A program made the position numbers and the translations under genes. Shown piece after piece: positions 20,558 through 33,013 of a stretch of 64,000 nucleotides of DNA. The DNA lies in contig NC_134031.1 in the NCBI RefSeq assembly GCF_964204645.1, positions 18,607,910 to 18,671,909 on the forward strand. Direction: 5' to 3'. Below the pieces are notes generated by a model. It did no database searches. It was not told where the DNA came from and was given only the letters and a program-made list of their open reading frames with translations. Position 1 is the first letter of the stretch. The number at the start of each line of letters is the position of its first letter. The stretch comes from Tubulanus polymorphus (lineage: Eukaryota; Animalia; Nemertea).

Positions 20558-23500
20558 TAAAGATATTTCAACAGTAAGAATTCAGGCGAAACAAATACTA
20601 AAACAAAACCAGTGGGAAACTTAACAACCAATTTTCGAGCAAATGGCTCCGTCTTGGTTCTGTATTAAACTCATCCTTTTTGATAATGTGTCAGGTGCGT
20701 AAGGCTTCTGTTAACTTAATAAGCAGAAGACGACGACGTTCTGGTTTAATGAAGTCTAGAGACTTATCGCAATATTCCGACGAAATCTTAAGAAGATTTT
20801 ACATCGGAGGGCGTGAACATGTTGCGAGTATTAGAATTAGAAACACCGTTTTGAGCGCTGCCGATATCACTCTTTAAGCCGCTCACAGATATCCCCTCAG
20901 CATCGAGCTTCAATAATTCCAGATTATACATTAACGACGCGTTTTTTTATGAATTGATGAATAACGTAATTAAAATTTCACAGCCGTTAGTTACTGATGA
21001 ATAGATCGTTGATAAATCAACATTCCCGCCTGAAATTACTACCAGAGAAACATACAAAACTTCTTACAAAAGATAAATGATTATTTCAATTGCTGGGTTA
21101 ATGTCCAAATGATTAATATTTTACGATGAGGTTTATAGCAAATAAGGACCCATAAAACAATCTTAACATTTCAACTTCGTGTACATGCTCTAATTATCTT
21201 AATTCTAATGATTAATGCTTCATCCCAAAGCAAAAACCTAGCACGCATTTGTTTAGCTTTATGAACTATAGGGGCTAGTTCCTCAGATATATCCTCAGTA
21301 TTTTACTCCACAACAGGTTTTAGAGGGGCAGCCACCCCTTTCATTTCTCAACCCCTCTGATAATCAGCCACCCCTCGTAAAATAACTTCTGCCCCTACCA
21401 GAGTGGACGTCAATATTCTATCAATGCCAACAACTGCTTTGAAATATATTGAGCTAATGTGAAAAATAGAAGATTCCACCAAAATTAAGCTTAAATTTTC
21501 TATATTTTTGTGGCTGGGAGGATTGAAAGCCTTGCTACTTCAACAGCCACGATGTCATACATTTAACATCGAATGCAGTCCCTTTAAAATTCTAGCATAT
21601 GGGAAATCCTGAAGGCCATATGAAGATGATGGCCTTGATAGTCCAAAATTAAACATCCTCATCCTATTTACCAGTGACCCTCTCAAAACTGAGTTGACAG
21701 TCGCTAAACCCATGGATAAATAAGTATTATTAATGTCACAATGGGCTGGTGTTTAACGGAAGTTCGTTGATGTTGCATATTTGCGTGGCACTCAGGTTAA
21801 CACGCACAGACAGAAACAAAGTCGAAGCTTTTAAGGAAACGACATTCTCTCTCTCTGAGCGAGAGGAAAAAAAAGCCATAAATGCTCCCCTAGAAATGAC
21901 GACGATTTTTGAAACGGCGTTATATATTAATCCAGATAATCGTACAGTTAGCACGTTCGCGCTGCAGTTAAACTCACTCGAGAAGAACTTAGTAAAACTC
22001 ATAACGATCTAAGTCTTTAGAGAATACTTCAGATCTGTCGAAATGTTTACTGAGAAGACGCATCCACTGCACGCTGGCGTTATGCGCAGACATTTTCTGT
22101 TAACATAAAGTAGGAATTGAAATTCAGGAATACAGAATTTCTGAAGAAGACTAGTCAAACATTGAATAAACTACTTACTAGTGCAAGGAAACATTTTCGG
22201 ACTTTAATTTTTGTTATTATCTTAATATAATTGTCACAACGCGGATGAGATATCGTACTTCCTAAGATGTCGGGTAAGTTGCACATTCAGTATCAATAGA
22301 ACTAAGACAATCTTTAATTGGTCTTGAGTCTGATCAATGATTTTACCCGGAAAGTTAGCACTAATCGGGGCCTATCGTCCACAAGTAGACAGTTTTTGTA
22401 CTTGGTCAGCCTCGACACTATAGAGCTGATTTATAGGTGAGTATTTCACCGCACTAGTCACACACAGAAATCATCACTCACTCATATCTCCGTTATACCT
22501 CATAATTGATACCTGAGCCAGAATTGAGGTATAATAACACATCGGGAGATGACGGATGATAAGAAGATAGCAATTTATTCAGATAATCATAAGATTGTGA
22601 GAAATTCCAATCTAAGCCATGGAGGGATTTGTTAAATTTTCGTTTTTACTCTTGAAAACCCACTAATTAAGACACACAAGGAGTTAATCAAGGAAATATT
22701 TAAGTTATTTCCATGATGGTTTTTCGCCATATAGCATGGAAAAATAGTCTCCTATCCAGGACTTGTAATTGCTTACAGAGTTAAAATCAGTTTTTTTTTC
22801 CGATAATTTACCCGTAAAATTCTAACCGAGAACTGTGGAACTGGATCCCGATACTAATTGCGTCCAGATTTATGATAACCCAGTTTTGGGACTAGACTGT
22901 GACGAATTCTGTCCTAACCTTTTAGACCGGGAACTCTGGAATTAGAGCCGACAGATCTCCAGTGCGGTTTTTGTCTCATCGAAGGAAGGTCTGAATTCCG
23001 ACGGATCCAGAAAAAAATTGTACTGATATTCGTAAAAAAAAAAAACACTGTTAGCAATAATTGAATATGCATGAGTGTAATTATCTTGCATCTGCGGAGA
23101 CTGCGGAGACTGAGGAGACTGAGGGAGTGTGATGCCACACTGTCTGTGCTTATATCAACTCAACATGCAACAGTTAGTTCTCAGTACAGCTCAAAATCAC
23201 TTTAGTTCGGCCCAGCTCAGTTCAGCTCAGTTTAGCTCAAGTTTAGTTAAGCTTCTATTGACCTCAGTTGAACAAAAATTTAGTTTAGCTGGACTAGATT
23301 TCAAAATGACATCAACAAGCTTAACTGATCTTCATTCGAAAGGCAGAACTTTCGAGATGAAAATGAGCTCAGACCGGTCTCCGGTTCAGACTGTATGATT
23401 AGCCGCGATAAGCACTGCTCAAACTCGATGGCGATTCATTTATAATGTATAATCAGTCTAAATGTTATTATTGATTGAATCAGTTGCGTCTGATACGTCA

Positions 23501-23729
23501 CACGTGATATCTCGATATCTGAGGAAAAAAAACGACATTATTTGAACGTTTTAATGAGATTTTATCGATAAGTAATAAATCTTTGTTCGCCACGAGAAAA
23601 AATTGTCGCAACAAATATTGACGGTTTTATGAAATATGGAAATCCTCAGGAAATTATCGGAAATCTATCAACAGGTTAATGATTATTAGGAGGGCTACCT
23701 TCGATGAATGACCCAAATTTAAGGGCTCT

Positions 23730-23950
23730 GCTTGGGTCCAGTTCTACAGTTAGGTGGGTTTGATTTAATTCTGTAACCAGTTCAACAGTTGTGTGGGTTA
23801 AATTTGACTCTGGACCCAGTTCCACAGTTGTGCGGGATGAATTTGACTCTGAACCCAGTTCTACAGTTGTGTGGGTTAAATTCGATTCTGGACCCAGTTC
23901 CACAGTCCTATAGGTTTGATTTGGCTCTGAATCCGGTTCCGCAGTTAGGC
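23730..23950. repeat. About 6 x 39-bp tandem repeat derived from a MITE terminus (GGACCCAGTTCCACAGTTGTG...)
   Basis: The same motif forms the TIRs of the MITE at about 58045-58153 and of many dispersed fragments. Confidence 0.8.
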
Positions 23951-26237
23951 GGGTTTCATTTTGAAATGTAAACCCACAATGGCACGTATGTCTAACAGGT
24001 TTCTGGACTGTATTTGCAGATTTCTCTGGCAAATATCAGATCTATCTCGTCACTGAGACGCTAAACAAACTATCTCGCAGAGGATTCTGTCAACACAACA
24101 TCAAACATTCATAAAATATCAAACAACTGCAGCTTTCATCCTCAAATAACTTGAATATTAAATTAGTCTAGCGACATTTATAATTCTAACTGCGAGATCG
24201 CGTGTGATACGTCGTTCTTTTCAGAATCTAGATTATCCGCAAAATGAAAATTTGGCATAGGGAAGTGTTTCGCTCGTGCAATCCCAGCTGAAATCAGCTT
24301 AGTGAGGATGTAGGATGTAAAAAAACTATTCCTCATCTCAGATGAGTCTTTTCCCCGAGGTACGGTTAATCACAGATAGGAAACCATGAATCCCATCGAA
24401 GATCGTATTGTCAGAGAAAGTGACAAATTACAGTGTCTCGCGATAGTAACTATCATTCGGTCGAACCTCCCTCGGTAAACGCAGCGTGGTAAAACATTGC
24501 GTAACGATTATTAGTGTAAATTGATGGATACTGATAGCGCTACAGGTTTTAATCAAGTTTCTCGGAACACAGACAGCGGGAAACGAAAACAACAATTAAT
24601 GGAGTTTCTTTTTAAAATAGACAGAACTACTTTCGCACAAAAATTCGAGATTCTAATCATTCTAAAACTTAGAATGAAGAAGTCAATATCAAAGATTTGA
24701 GACGAGATTAATGAAATATCTAAAATTAAATTTTGTTCGCATTTGGAATTGGATTTCATCGAAATTCAGAATCTTCTTTTAGATTTTTTTCCTATTGTTA
24801 TATCTAAGACTCCGAGGCATAAGATAGTTACTGGTTGGTCACAGGTGCGTTTGATAGGGATGGAACTCAAGATAAATATATTAATGAATTATCGACTGCA
24901 CGAAGAGAAAATCAAAAAGATAGGATTTTCATGAACTTATCTTCATTGACAGCTGATACATTGCACACAATCCATACGAGAGCTTACACTGAGCAACTGG
25001 GTCCTAGGTTAAGATTAGGTGGTAGAATCAATTCATCGAAAATAAGTTAATCTTAAATATCACTGAGGCTTAATAATCAAAAGTTTCTTACTTTGTACTC
25101 AGTTTAGAATAAACAAAATTTTCTCATTTGTGTGAAAATATCAATTTAGGATACGTTTTTAGCTTCAACAGGAAGGCGCCTGAAACATGTGATTTATATA
25201 CATTTACAATTGTCTTGTTTTTTATTCTTATTTTATGTATTTTATTACAATGACATGTGTGATATAAATAAATACATATGATATGGTGAATTACCTTAAC
25301 CTGCACCCAGCAAGGTGGACTTACAAGTCATTCTATACACAAAACAGAAATTAGTTAGTATATGATTTGCCAATACTCAATCTTTTTGAGTTATTGAATG
25401 CAGACATACAAAAATTTACAGTAGTTCATGTAAGTAAAAGTGAATTTTTCCTTGTCCGTGCTTTCACGAGAAAATTAGCAATTGTCATAGAAAATTCTAC
25501 ATTACGATGATAAATAATTGATCTTGAGATCTAATAAAGTTTATCATCGCAAAGTGAAGTATCGACTGTTCTGTTGAATAGAAGGTGAATTATTGGTTTG
25601 TGAGACCAGTTTTACTGATGATTGCACAATTATTAGACAGTCTCTCTCGTCGTCTGACCGTAACTGCTATTATTAACAGGCGTACCTAGTACAAGACATT
25701 GCAATTATAATATACAAGAAAATAACAACCTCTCAAGGCATAAACACGTCATAAAAACCCACAGCAGAAAGGTGGAAAATAATATCTTATTGGAAATATG
25801 AGATGTGAGACAAGTGAATTGATTGACTTTTTCAGTCTAGGGTCGATGAGATATTCTGTATAAACTAATACACAGTGTTTGAGTTCTCGGTAGACCTTAC
25901 TGCGTTCTCAGCAGTTCTGCAGTTCCCAGTTTGACTAGACTTACTGTTAAATCTAACTCATTAATAGTTAAACACATGAAATTCATTCATTTTTCAGTGA
26001 AACATGTGGTCAATAGCATTATCCAAATTCCCTGAGTTCCCATGTCATTTGATAGAATAGTCAAATTCCCTGAGAGTTTCTGATTTTTTCTAGATTTTCT
26101 GATTCCCTGAGTGTTATCCCTGTTTTCTAGATTAAAGGCCACCCTGTATTAAGCTCAAACATTTTGTAACACAGCAAGGGCAGAAAACAATGCCGGGGTT
26201 AATCGTTAGTTCTGAAAACAAAGTTCCACTCGTGACT

Positions 26238-26502
26238 AGACGAGAAGATACACAATATGCGTGTATGATGATAACGAGAGAAATCCAACAATAACGAAGC
26301 CAAGATTGAAAAATTCTATATCAGAATAATTATATTTGAGGAGTGACGTTTGGGCTAACACCTGTTAGCCATCATCAGGCCTACTGAGTACGAGTACACC
26401 TGATGATGGCTAACAGGTGTTAGCCGAAACGTCGCGCCTCAAATATAATCATTTTGATATGGAATTTTTCAATCTTGGCTTCGTTATTGTGGGATTTCTC
26501 TT
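26238..26502. mobile_element. Penelope-like retroelement remnant with inverted arms and 15-bp TSD
   Basis: TSD GTTCCACTCGTGACT at 26223-26237 and 26503-26517. Inverted arms 26277-26379 and 26399-26501 each contain a minimal hammerhead motif. Confidence 0.8.
26395..26438 (+). ncRNA. Minimal type I hammerhead ribozyme
   Basis: CTGATGA (26400-26406), t, stem II GGCTAAC-aggt-GTTAGCC, GAAA (26426-26429), C, GTC cleavage triplet. Stem I is weak. Confidence 0.8.
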
Positions 26503-27159
26503 GTTCCACTCGTGACTGTTGAACTCGGGCTATAACTATCAGAGTGAGTTGTGATTGTGAGTTATGATTGTGAGTTGCTATTGATCACATTCGATGTTTT
26601 AACTCGCGCAATGTACATTAACTATACAAATAACATGTCCACACAAATGTCAATTTCGTGGCGATCACAAAATCAAATGCCAGAAATCATAGTCATAGAT
26701 GCTTCGTGACTTATCGATAGTTTTAAGCTTACTCGCGAGTTGTTTATCTACCGGTATGGACCTCACAGAAACAATACTCAAACCAAACTTCCATAGTGAA
26801 GAATCGCGAAGTCATGAACTGCAGAATCAGTGAGTAGAATTCTAACATATCATGATTTCGTTTGACGTGAAAGCGGATTATTATTCATGTTTTCTAAACA
26901 GTCGTCGTTCGAAATCATGAATTTCATGATATTCGCTGTCTGGATATCACGACCGTCACGAGCTTCTAAAAAACCGGTGAGCTTCAATCGAAATTAGTTC
27001 ATCTGAATTCTTATTATAGGGTAATACACAATTGTAATGGTTTACAGATGAGATTAAAATGTTAATATTTTATACATTTGGAATGAGAGGTTTAAACCCT
27101 TAGGACCAGTCCACAGTTGTGAGTTCACTCATTGAAAATGTACTCATTTCATAAATCAG

Positions 27160-27288
27160 GGCCCAGTTTCAAGAAAAAGTTTAAGCTTAAAACAGTTAAG
27201 TTTGAATTGTTGTCCTCATTGAAAACATGAAGTAACCAATGGCAATTAATCAAAAAATTTGAGTTAAACTTTTTCGTGAAACTGGTCC
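27160..27288. mobile_element. Harbinger-like MITE family C with CAG TSD
   Basis: cag-GGCCCAGTTTCAAGAAAAAGTTTAA...TTAAACTTTTTCGTGAAACTGGTCC-cag. A relative lies at about 40387-40495. Confidence 0.75.
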
Positions 27289-28319
27289 CAGGGGTGATTT
27301 AATTGTTCATCGTAATGCTAGACGGTTATAAGCACATTGTGCAAGATATTTGAAAAGATGAAGTTGAATCGCAGAATAAACTACTATCTCAAGGAAACAT
27401 TTCACACGGCCGTTACCAGAGGGTGGTAGGGGGTGTGGACGACCCCCCTTTTAAAATCCAAATTCCGCATTTTTAGTCCCAAATTCAGTTTTTTCACATA
27501 CACGGAAATTCAATAAACATTTTGTTTTAAAATGTCCATAAAACGCCCTCAGACTTTGTTTTTCGTTGTTAAGCGCGTGGTTTCGTTCGTTACGACACAG
27601 ACTCGGAGCGTTTTTTATCCGATGGTTATATTTGAAAATGGAAACTCTATATCGAATTCTAAACCTGTTGAAAATATAATCAGACACAACGGGATTTCAA
27701 ATGAATATTCGAATCTAAATGAGTCCCTAGGGTTGAGATAAGTGTCGTTCTGTAAAGCTATACATTAGTCTAGATTGATGATTGCCAATTTTAGGGCATT
27801 TTAGAAAAGTGAAATTTATGTAGCAGATTTTTGCATTCATAAAAATGGCAATACATAATACGGCTGTGGTCTGTTATAAATGAATTGATGATTAGTGTTT
27901 GAACAATAAAAATTTCCTCAGCTCTTCATCATCATACGCTAACGATTCACGCGAACAATTAACAGTTACGAAAAAAACCTATTGAAAACTTTGATTCGCG
28001 TCATTAATCAACGTCCGTTTATTGATATCAATATGGATCGTAAAACAGGGCGTCATTCAGTCAGTCGATCATCCTCTAAGACTAGCGAGAAAAAATATAC
28101 ACGGTAATTTTTTCTCGGTTATTAATCACATTATGAAACGAACAAACGGCGATTCAGACATTCAACAAATCATAATTGAGTGCGGCGTAGTAGAAAAAAT
28201 TTCATTTGATATGTTCAGATTAGGGAAACAACTGATTGAGTTGTTTTCTGGTTCGGTCTGGTTGAAAAAAGTATCGCAAGAATCATTTAACCCTCAAAGG
28301 CTCCATTAACAAATCACAA

Positions 28320-28710
28320 TTTCATTGAATTTTTCTGAATTGTTGATAACATCGAGAATAAGAAGGACACCATTAGTAACTAATCATAATTTTACTGATT
28401 TGTTGAAGTCACTGAGAATGAGAAGGTTGCCATTAGTAAGTTGTAACTAATCATAATTTTACTGAATTGTTGAAGTCACTGAGAATGAGAAGGTTGTCAT
28501 TAGTAAGTTGTAACTAATCATAATTTTACTGAATTGTTGATAATTTAGAATACGAAGGTCATTAGTAACTAATCATAATTTTACTGACTTGTTGAAGTCA
28601 CTGAGAATGAGAAGGTCGCCATTAGTAAGTTGTAACTAATCATAATTTCACTGAATTTTACTGAATTGTTGAAGTCATTGAGGATGAGATTAATCATAAT
28701 TTAACCAAAT
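28320..28710. repeat. Degenerate ~55-67-bp minisatellite upstream of the GPCR coding exon
   Basis: Repeats of ACTAATCATAATTTTACTGAATTGTTGAAGTCACTGAGAATGAGAAGG...ATTAGTAAGTTGTA. Confidence 0.85.
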
Positions 28711-28812
28711 GTTTGAGAATGAGAGAAGGTTCTTAATCTTTTTTGGACCCACTGTTTCTAACTATCTAAAGCTTATTGCTCTTTTTCAGGTGAAACACAT
28801 AACTAAAGAAAG

Positions 28813-29895
28813 ATGGCCGACACGACGAACTCGAAGATGGTAAACACGTCGACGACTAGCGCCGCGCCAAAAACCTGCGGAGATTTTGGTTTGGCGTCGT
28901 GCGAATACACGCCGCTCTACGCTATACCAGTCGTACCGATATCGGCGCTGACCATCTGCGGAAATCTATTCAATATAATAGTGTTAACGTTCACGCGTGG
29001 TATGCACAACAATCCTGGATATTTCATGTTCAATTTAGCGCTAACCGACTTATGCGTCGGCGTGATAATGGCGTCGTTCATGGCTCCGAGGATTCTCGGA
29101 GGTACGTGGCCGGCGACTCGCGTTCAGAGCGACATCACCGCGTTCTTCATCCAGACGACCGTCAGCGTGTCGTTGATGTCGCTGACCGGTTTGAGCGTCG
29201 ATCGGTACCTCAACATCAGTCGACCGCTTCACTACGACCGCCTGATGTCGAAGTGGCGTTGTATCGCGATTCTGATCGGTATTTGGACGCTCACCGGCGT
29301 TCTGCAGCTGCCGCCCGTGTTTTTCGGTTGGGGCGTATTCTTCTACGATTCGCGGTCGTTTCTGAGTTATTTCGACTACGCGCACTCGTGGGAGTGGACC
29401 GTCGGTTATAACCTCATCTTCACCGTGCCGTGTTTGCTCGCGATATTCACGTGCCACGTGAAGATATTCCGCATCACTCGACGCCACATCGACGCCATCA
29501 ACGCTACCACCGTCCAATCAAACGCCAACAACAAACAACGAACGAGCCACAAAGCCATGCGCACGGTCGTCATAACGATAACCATGTTTTTCATATGCTG
29601 GACGCCGTTTTGTTTCGAGCAGTTGTCGTACTCGCTCAGCGGGAACACCGTCGCCCCCTGGCCGCAGGAAGTGCACATGCTCCTCTTGCTTCTCATATTG
29701 TCGAACAGTTTTATGAATTGCATCATTTACAGCACGACGCATAAAGTTTTCCGAGACGGAGCGCGCCGGATTTTACGCACGGTTTTCTGTCGTCGCGGCT
29801 CGAGACCTCGCGTCGATCCGTACGACAACGAATTGAGATCGCGCTCTAAATCGCTATCGGTTACTATCTCCGTGGTAACCGATCAACAAAGCTGA
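28813..29895 (+). CDS. Rhodopsin-like (class A) orphan GPCR, 360 aa, single coding exon
   Basis: Seven hydrophobic segments with GN (TM1), NLALTD (TM2), DRY (TM3), W4.50, CWTP (TM6), NCIIY (TM7) and helix-8 FR. Confidence 0.96.
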   Translation: MADTTNSKMVNTSTTSAAPKTCGDFGLASCEYTPLYAIPVVPISALTICGNLFNIIVLTFTRGMHNNPGYFMFNLALTDLCVGVIMASFMAPRILGGTWPATRVQSDITAFFIQTTVSVSLMSLTGLSVDRYLNISRPLHYDRLMSKWRCIAILIGIWTLTGVLQLPPVFFGWGVFFYDSRSFLSYFDYAHSWEWTVGYNLIFTVPCLLAIFTCHVKIFRITRRHIDAINATTVQSNANNKQRTSHKAMRTVVITITMFFICWTPFCFEQLSYSLSGNTVAPWPQEVHMLLLLLILSNSFMNCIIYSTTHKVFRDGARRILRTVFCRRGSRPRVDPYDNELRSRSKSLSVTISVVTDQQS

Positions 29896-31578
29896 ATCCA
29901 CGATGATACGACGAAATCAAGAATTCAAGTAAACTGGAATCGGTCTCGACTCAGAATTGCGAAACATTTCAATCAAGCTGAAATCATTACTAAACCAAAA
30001 CTTTATTCCATAGTTAGTTTTCTAGGTTTTCCAGGTCAGTGGCGCCACACAAATCACTGTCAGCTCAGTGGTTGAGTGTTTCTTGATGTACGCGCCAATG
30101 ATATTTGTGCCTCACTTCAAGTAGTTTCTAACTTCAAAACCAAATTTCAAGCTGTATCAATTGAAGTACAATTCACTCATATTCTTACATTCAACACGAT
30201 GTTTACCGGTTTATATAATCTAAGATAAATAGCATCCGTGGAAATAAAAGATCAATTTTCATATATTTGATATGATTCATTTTCAAAGGCAAGAAAATTA
30301 TATAATATTGAGTGTCCCTACAGATCACTCATTCCTGAGCAGTTGTCAGGGAGAAAATTTCATATTTTAAGGAAGCCTCCGCATCACTTTCATATCCCGA
30401 TTGCAGCAGACTCCTCCTAAATCGGTACTGTTTATCTCCATTTTGGCGTAGTCTACTCTACAACCGTGAACAAAACAAACAACTTTGAAGTACCTATAAA
30501 AGCATTTTCGATTTAGAAGGAATTTTCGATAAGGAATCAAGGAGTCGCAGGGACTCTGATATAGAGTTTTTACTAGTTCGACAATGTCATAGAAATTTTA
30601 CAGAGACCACCATCAGTTGGAGAGAACGGAGCCACATTTCACAGTTTCGGGAACTAGCGGAGTGAAAAGCCAATATATTCACAACATTTTCCAATAACTT
30701 CATTCGAACGAACTATCGATGTATTTACACGAGAAACTATTATAAACGAAATCCATCAATAATGCAATAAATCAATAAATAACGCAATAACGTTCGTCGA
30801 ATTATTGCAAAATTACACGCGGGAAACAAATGTTGAGGAAATTAAGTAAATACATATTGACTCACTCTCTCCTGCGCACACCCCTTACTGTGACAGTTAT
30901 TAGTTGCTCGATTTCAGCCACAAATATCAATGACAAACTGCAATTTATCAAAACCATCTGCCATTGAAACGGACATTATTAATTTCATTGAGCTTTGAAT
31001 CAATCTGAAACCTGGAGCCACCCTCTCTCAACAGGAATCTGAAACCTGGAGCTACCCTATCAATAGGAATCTGAAGCTACCGTTTCAACAGATTCTGAAG
31101 CTTGGAGCTACCCTTTCAACAGATTCCGAAGCTTGGAGCTACCCTTTTAACAGGAATTACCAGTCTGGAGCCACCCTCTCAGACAGCATCTTTCATGTGT
31201 GACCGTCTACACCTCACCTGCGTTCCACCCATCTACAGAACCCCGCAGTTTTCCCTGATTTTTCCATGTGATTACACAAAACTCCCAGAGTAGATGGAGA
31301 AATTTCTAGGTTCAAAATGCATGATTTCATTCATTTTTCATTGTATCATGTACCAATAAAGAAATACGTGATCAACACGGTTATCTGAATTCCCCGAGTT
31401 TTCCAGACTTTTGGTAAAATTTGTCAAATTATCCTGATTTTTTCTAGAAGTTTCTGATTCCCTCTAAGTGTTACAGGTTAGACATTTGAACTGCAAACAC
31501 ATATATTCACCATTTTTTTGTGCGATATTTGGACTAACACTTTAAATGAAGAATGTTTCTTAAGTTTCACGACTTACC

Positions 31579-33013
31579 TTAGTTTCTATACTCCGGTAAA
31601 TCAATACCCATACGGTCAATATTTGTTGCATAAGGATTCGTGCAATTAGTGAAAATTTTTCTGGCTCTGGTATAACAATCATACGGTCTCCGCGCGATGC
31701 CACGAGCTGAAATAAAACATCGATCAGAAGTTTACCTCAATTCACTTGTTCCACTTGTAAGTATACCCCCCGTAATAGTTACTTCTCAACTGTGTTAGCC
31801 ACTTGAATATTTTTTCTAACCTTACCGATGCGTAAAGGGAATGCGTTTGATGCAAGAAACTCTTTAATTGTTTTAGTGGGTTTGTCGAAAATTCTGTCGT
31901 TCACAACATCGACGAAAATTTCCTGAAAATCAAAACGAAAAACTTGAAACTCAGACAAATTCTCAGTCATTGTGGAAGTTTCAAACGGAATATGTCAAGT
32001 GTAGCTTGCCTCGCACTGTCGTGCTATGTTTTTCCTACTTTCATGGCCCCGGAAATTGCTCGCTGCCCAAGAAGATCTATTGATCCCGCGAAATTAGAGA
32101 CAAAATCAATTTACTGTAAATAATACTTACATCGCAAACTTTTCTGACATTGCGAATCAGGAATTCATCTTGCGACCGACTCCAACTATTCCCCTCATCA
32201 ATTTCAACGCCTAAAAAATATTCAATTGAATGACTCAAAAAATAGCAGAAGATATATCATGATATTCGATAAAGTACAGATCTCCTAACCTGGTGGATTC
32301 GGTAATATTCTCTGATTACGGATATTTAGAATGGTAGCCGGTTTATCGGGGGTCATCAGCGCCGTCCAATCTAAATCACATTTTCCACTTTTATCATTAC
32401 AACTCATTATATAATTCGAAGACGTTTCATCGGAATTTTCACCTCGAGTCGTCGGAACGTCGACAGAATCACCGTCCGAGATCGAGTGCCTTTGAATCGG
32501 TAAAATTTCACCGTCAAAAACGTACGAATTTCGAGAATATTCATCCACAGATTCTGGACTAGTTTTCGAATCCGAAGTTCGATCTAGAATGCATTTTTTA
32601 GTGGGCGGCGCTTTCTGACTGACGTCTTCGAACATATCTCTCTGAGTATCGGTGGGCCTTTGAAGAGACGACCGGTCGCTTTCACCGGAGCTGTTCACCG
32701 AAATGAGTGAAATCTGCGAGACGACGCCCGCTTCAGCTGTGCACGAAAACATGTCTTTTTGCGTGTCACACGGCGTTTGAACGTGAATTTCGGCGCTTGA
32801 TTCTAATTTAGAATTTTCAATTTGATGTCGCGAAGAATCAATAAGAAAGTAAGCTTTCAGGAGATTATTCATGTGCTCCTTCATTCTCTTTTTTTTCCTC
32901 GAAGCGGATTCTCGTTTTTGAGAATTTTTGGTAACTAGCCACCGTTGAGTGAGCGAGGTCCGAGCCGTGAAATATTCCGATTGTTGGCTATCGCACGTAT
33001 TCACTCCATTCAT
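31579..33013 (-). CDS. TTF1/DMTF1(Reb1)-related protein, ~342 aa, Myb-associated segment only
   Basis: Exons 33013-32290, 32210-32131, 31922-31826 and 31706-31579 are phase-consistent. The C-terminal WSRSQDEFLIRNVRKVCD...AFPLRIARGIARRPYDCYTRARKIF resembles the TTF1 segment ahead of the canonical Myb repeats (from recall). The start codon is tentative. Confidence 0.7.

Noticed and set aside
28899-29744. Alternative-frame and antisense ORFs over the GPCR
   Set aside because: Shadow ORFs from GC-rich codon usage, with no recognisable domains.
28813-29895. Opsin or biogenic-amine receptor identity for the GPCR
   Set aside because: No Lys at 7.43 and no Asp at 3.32.
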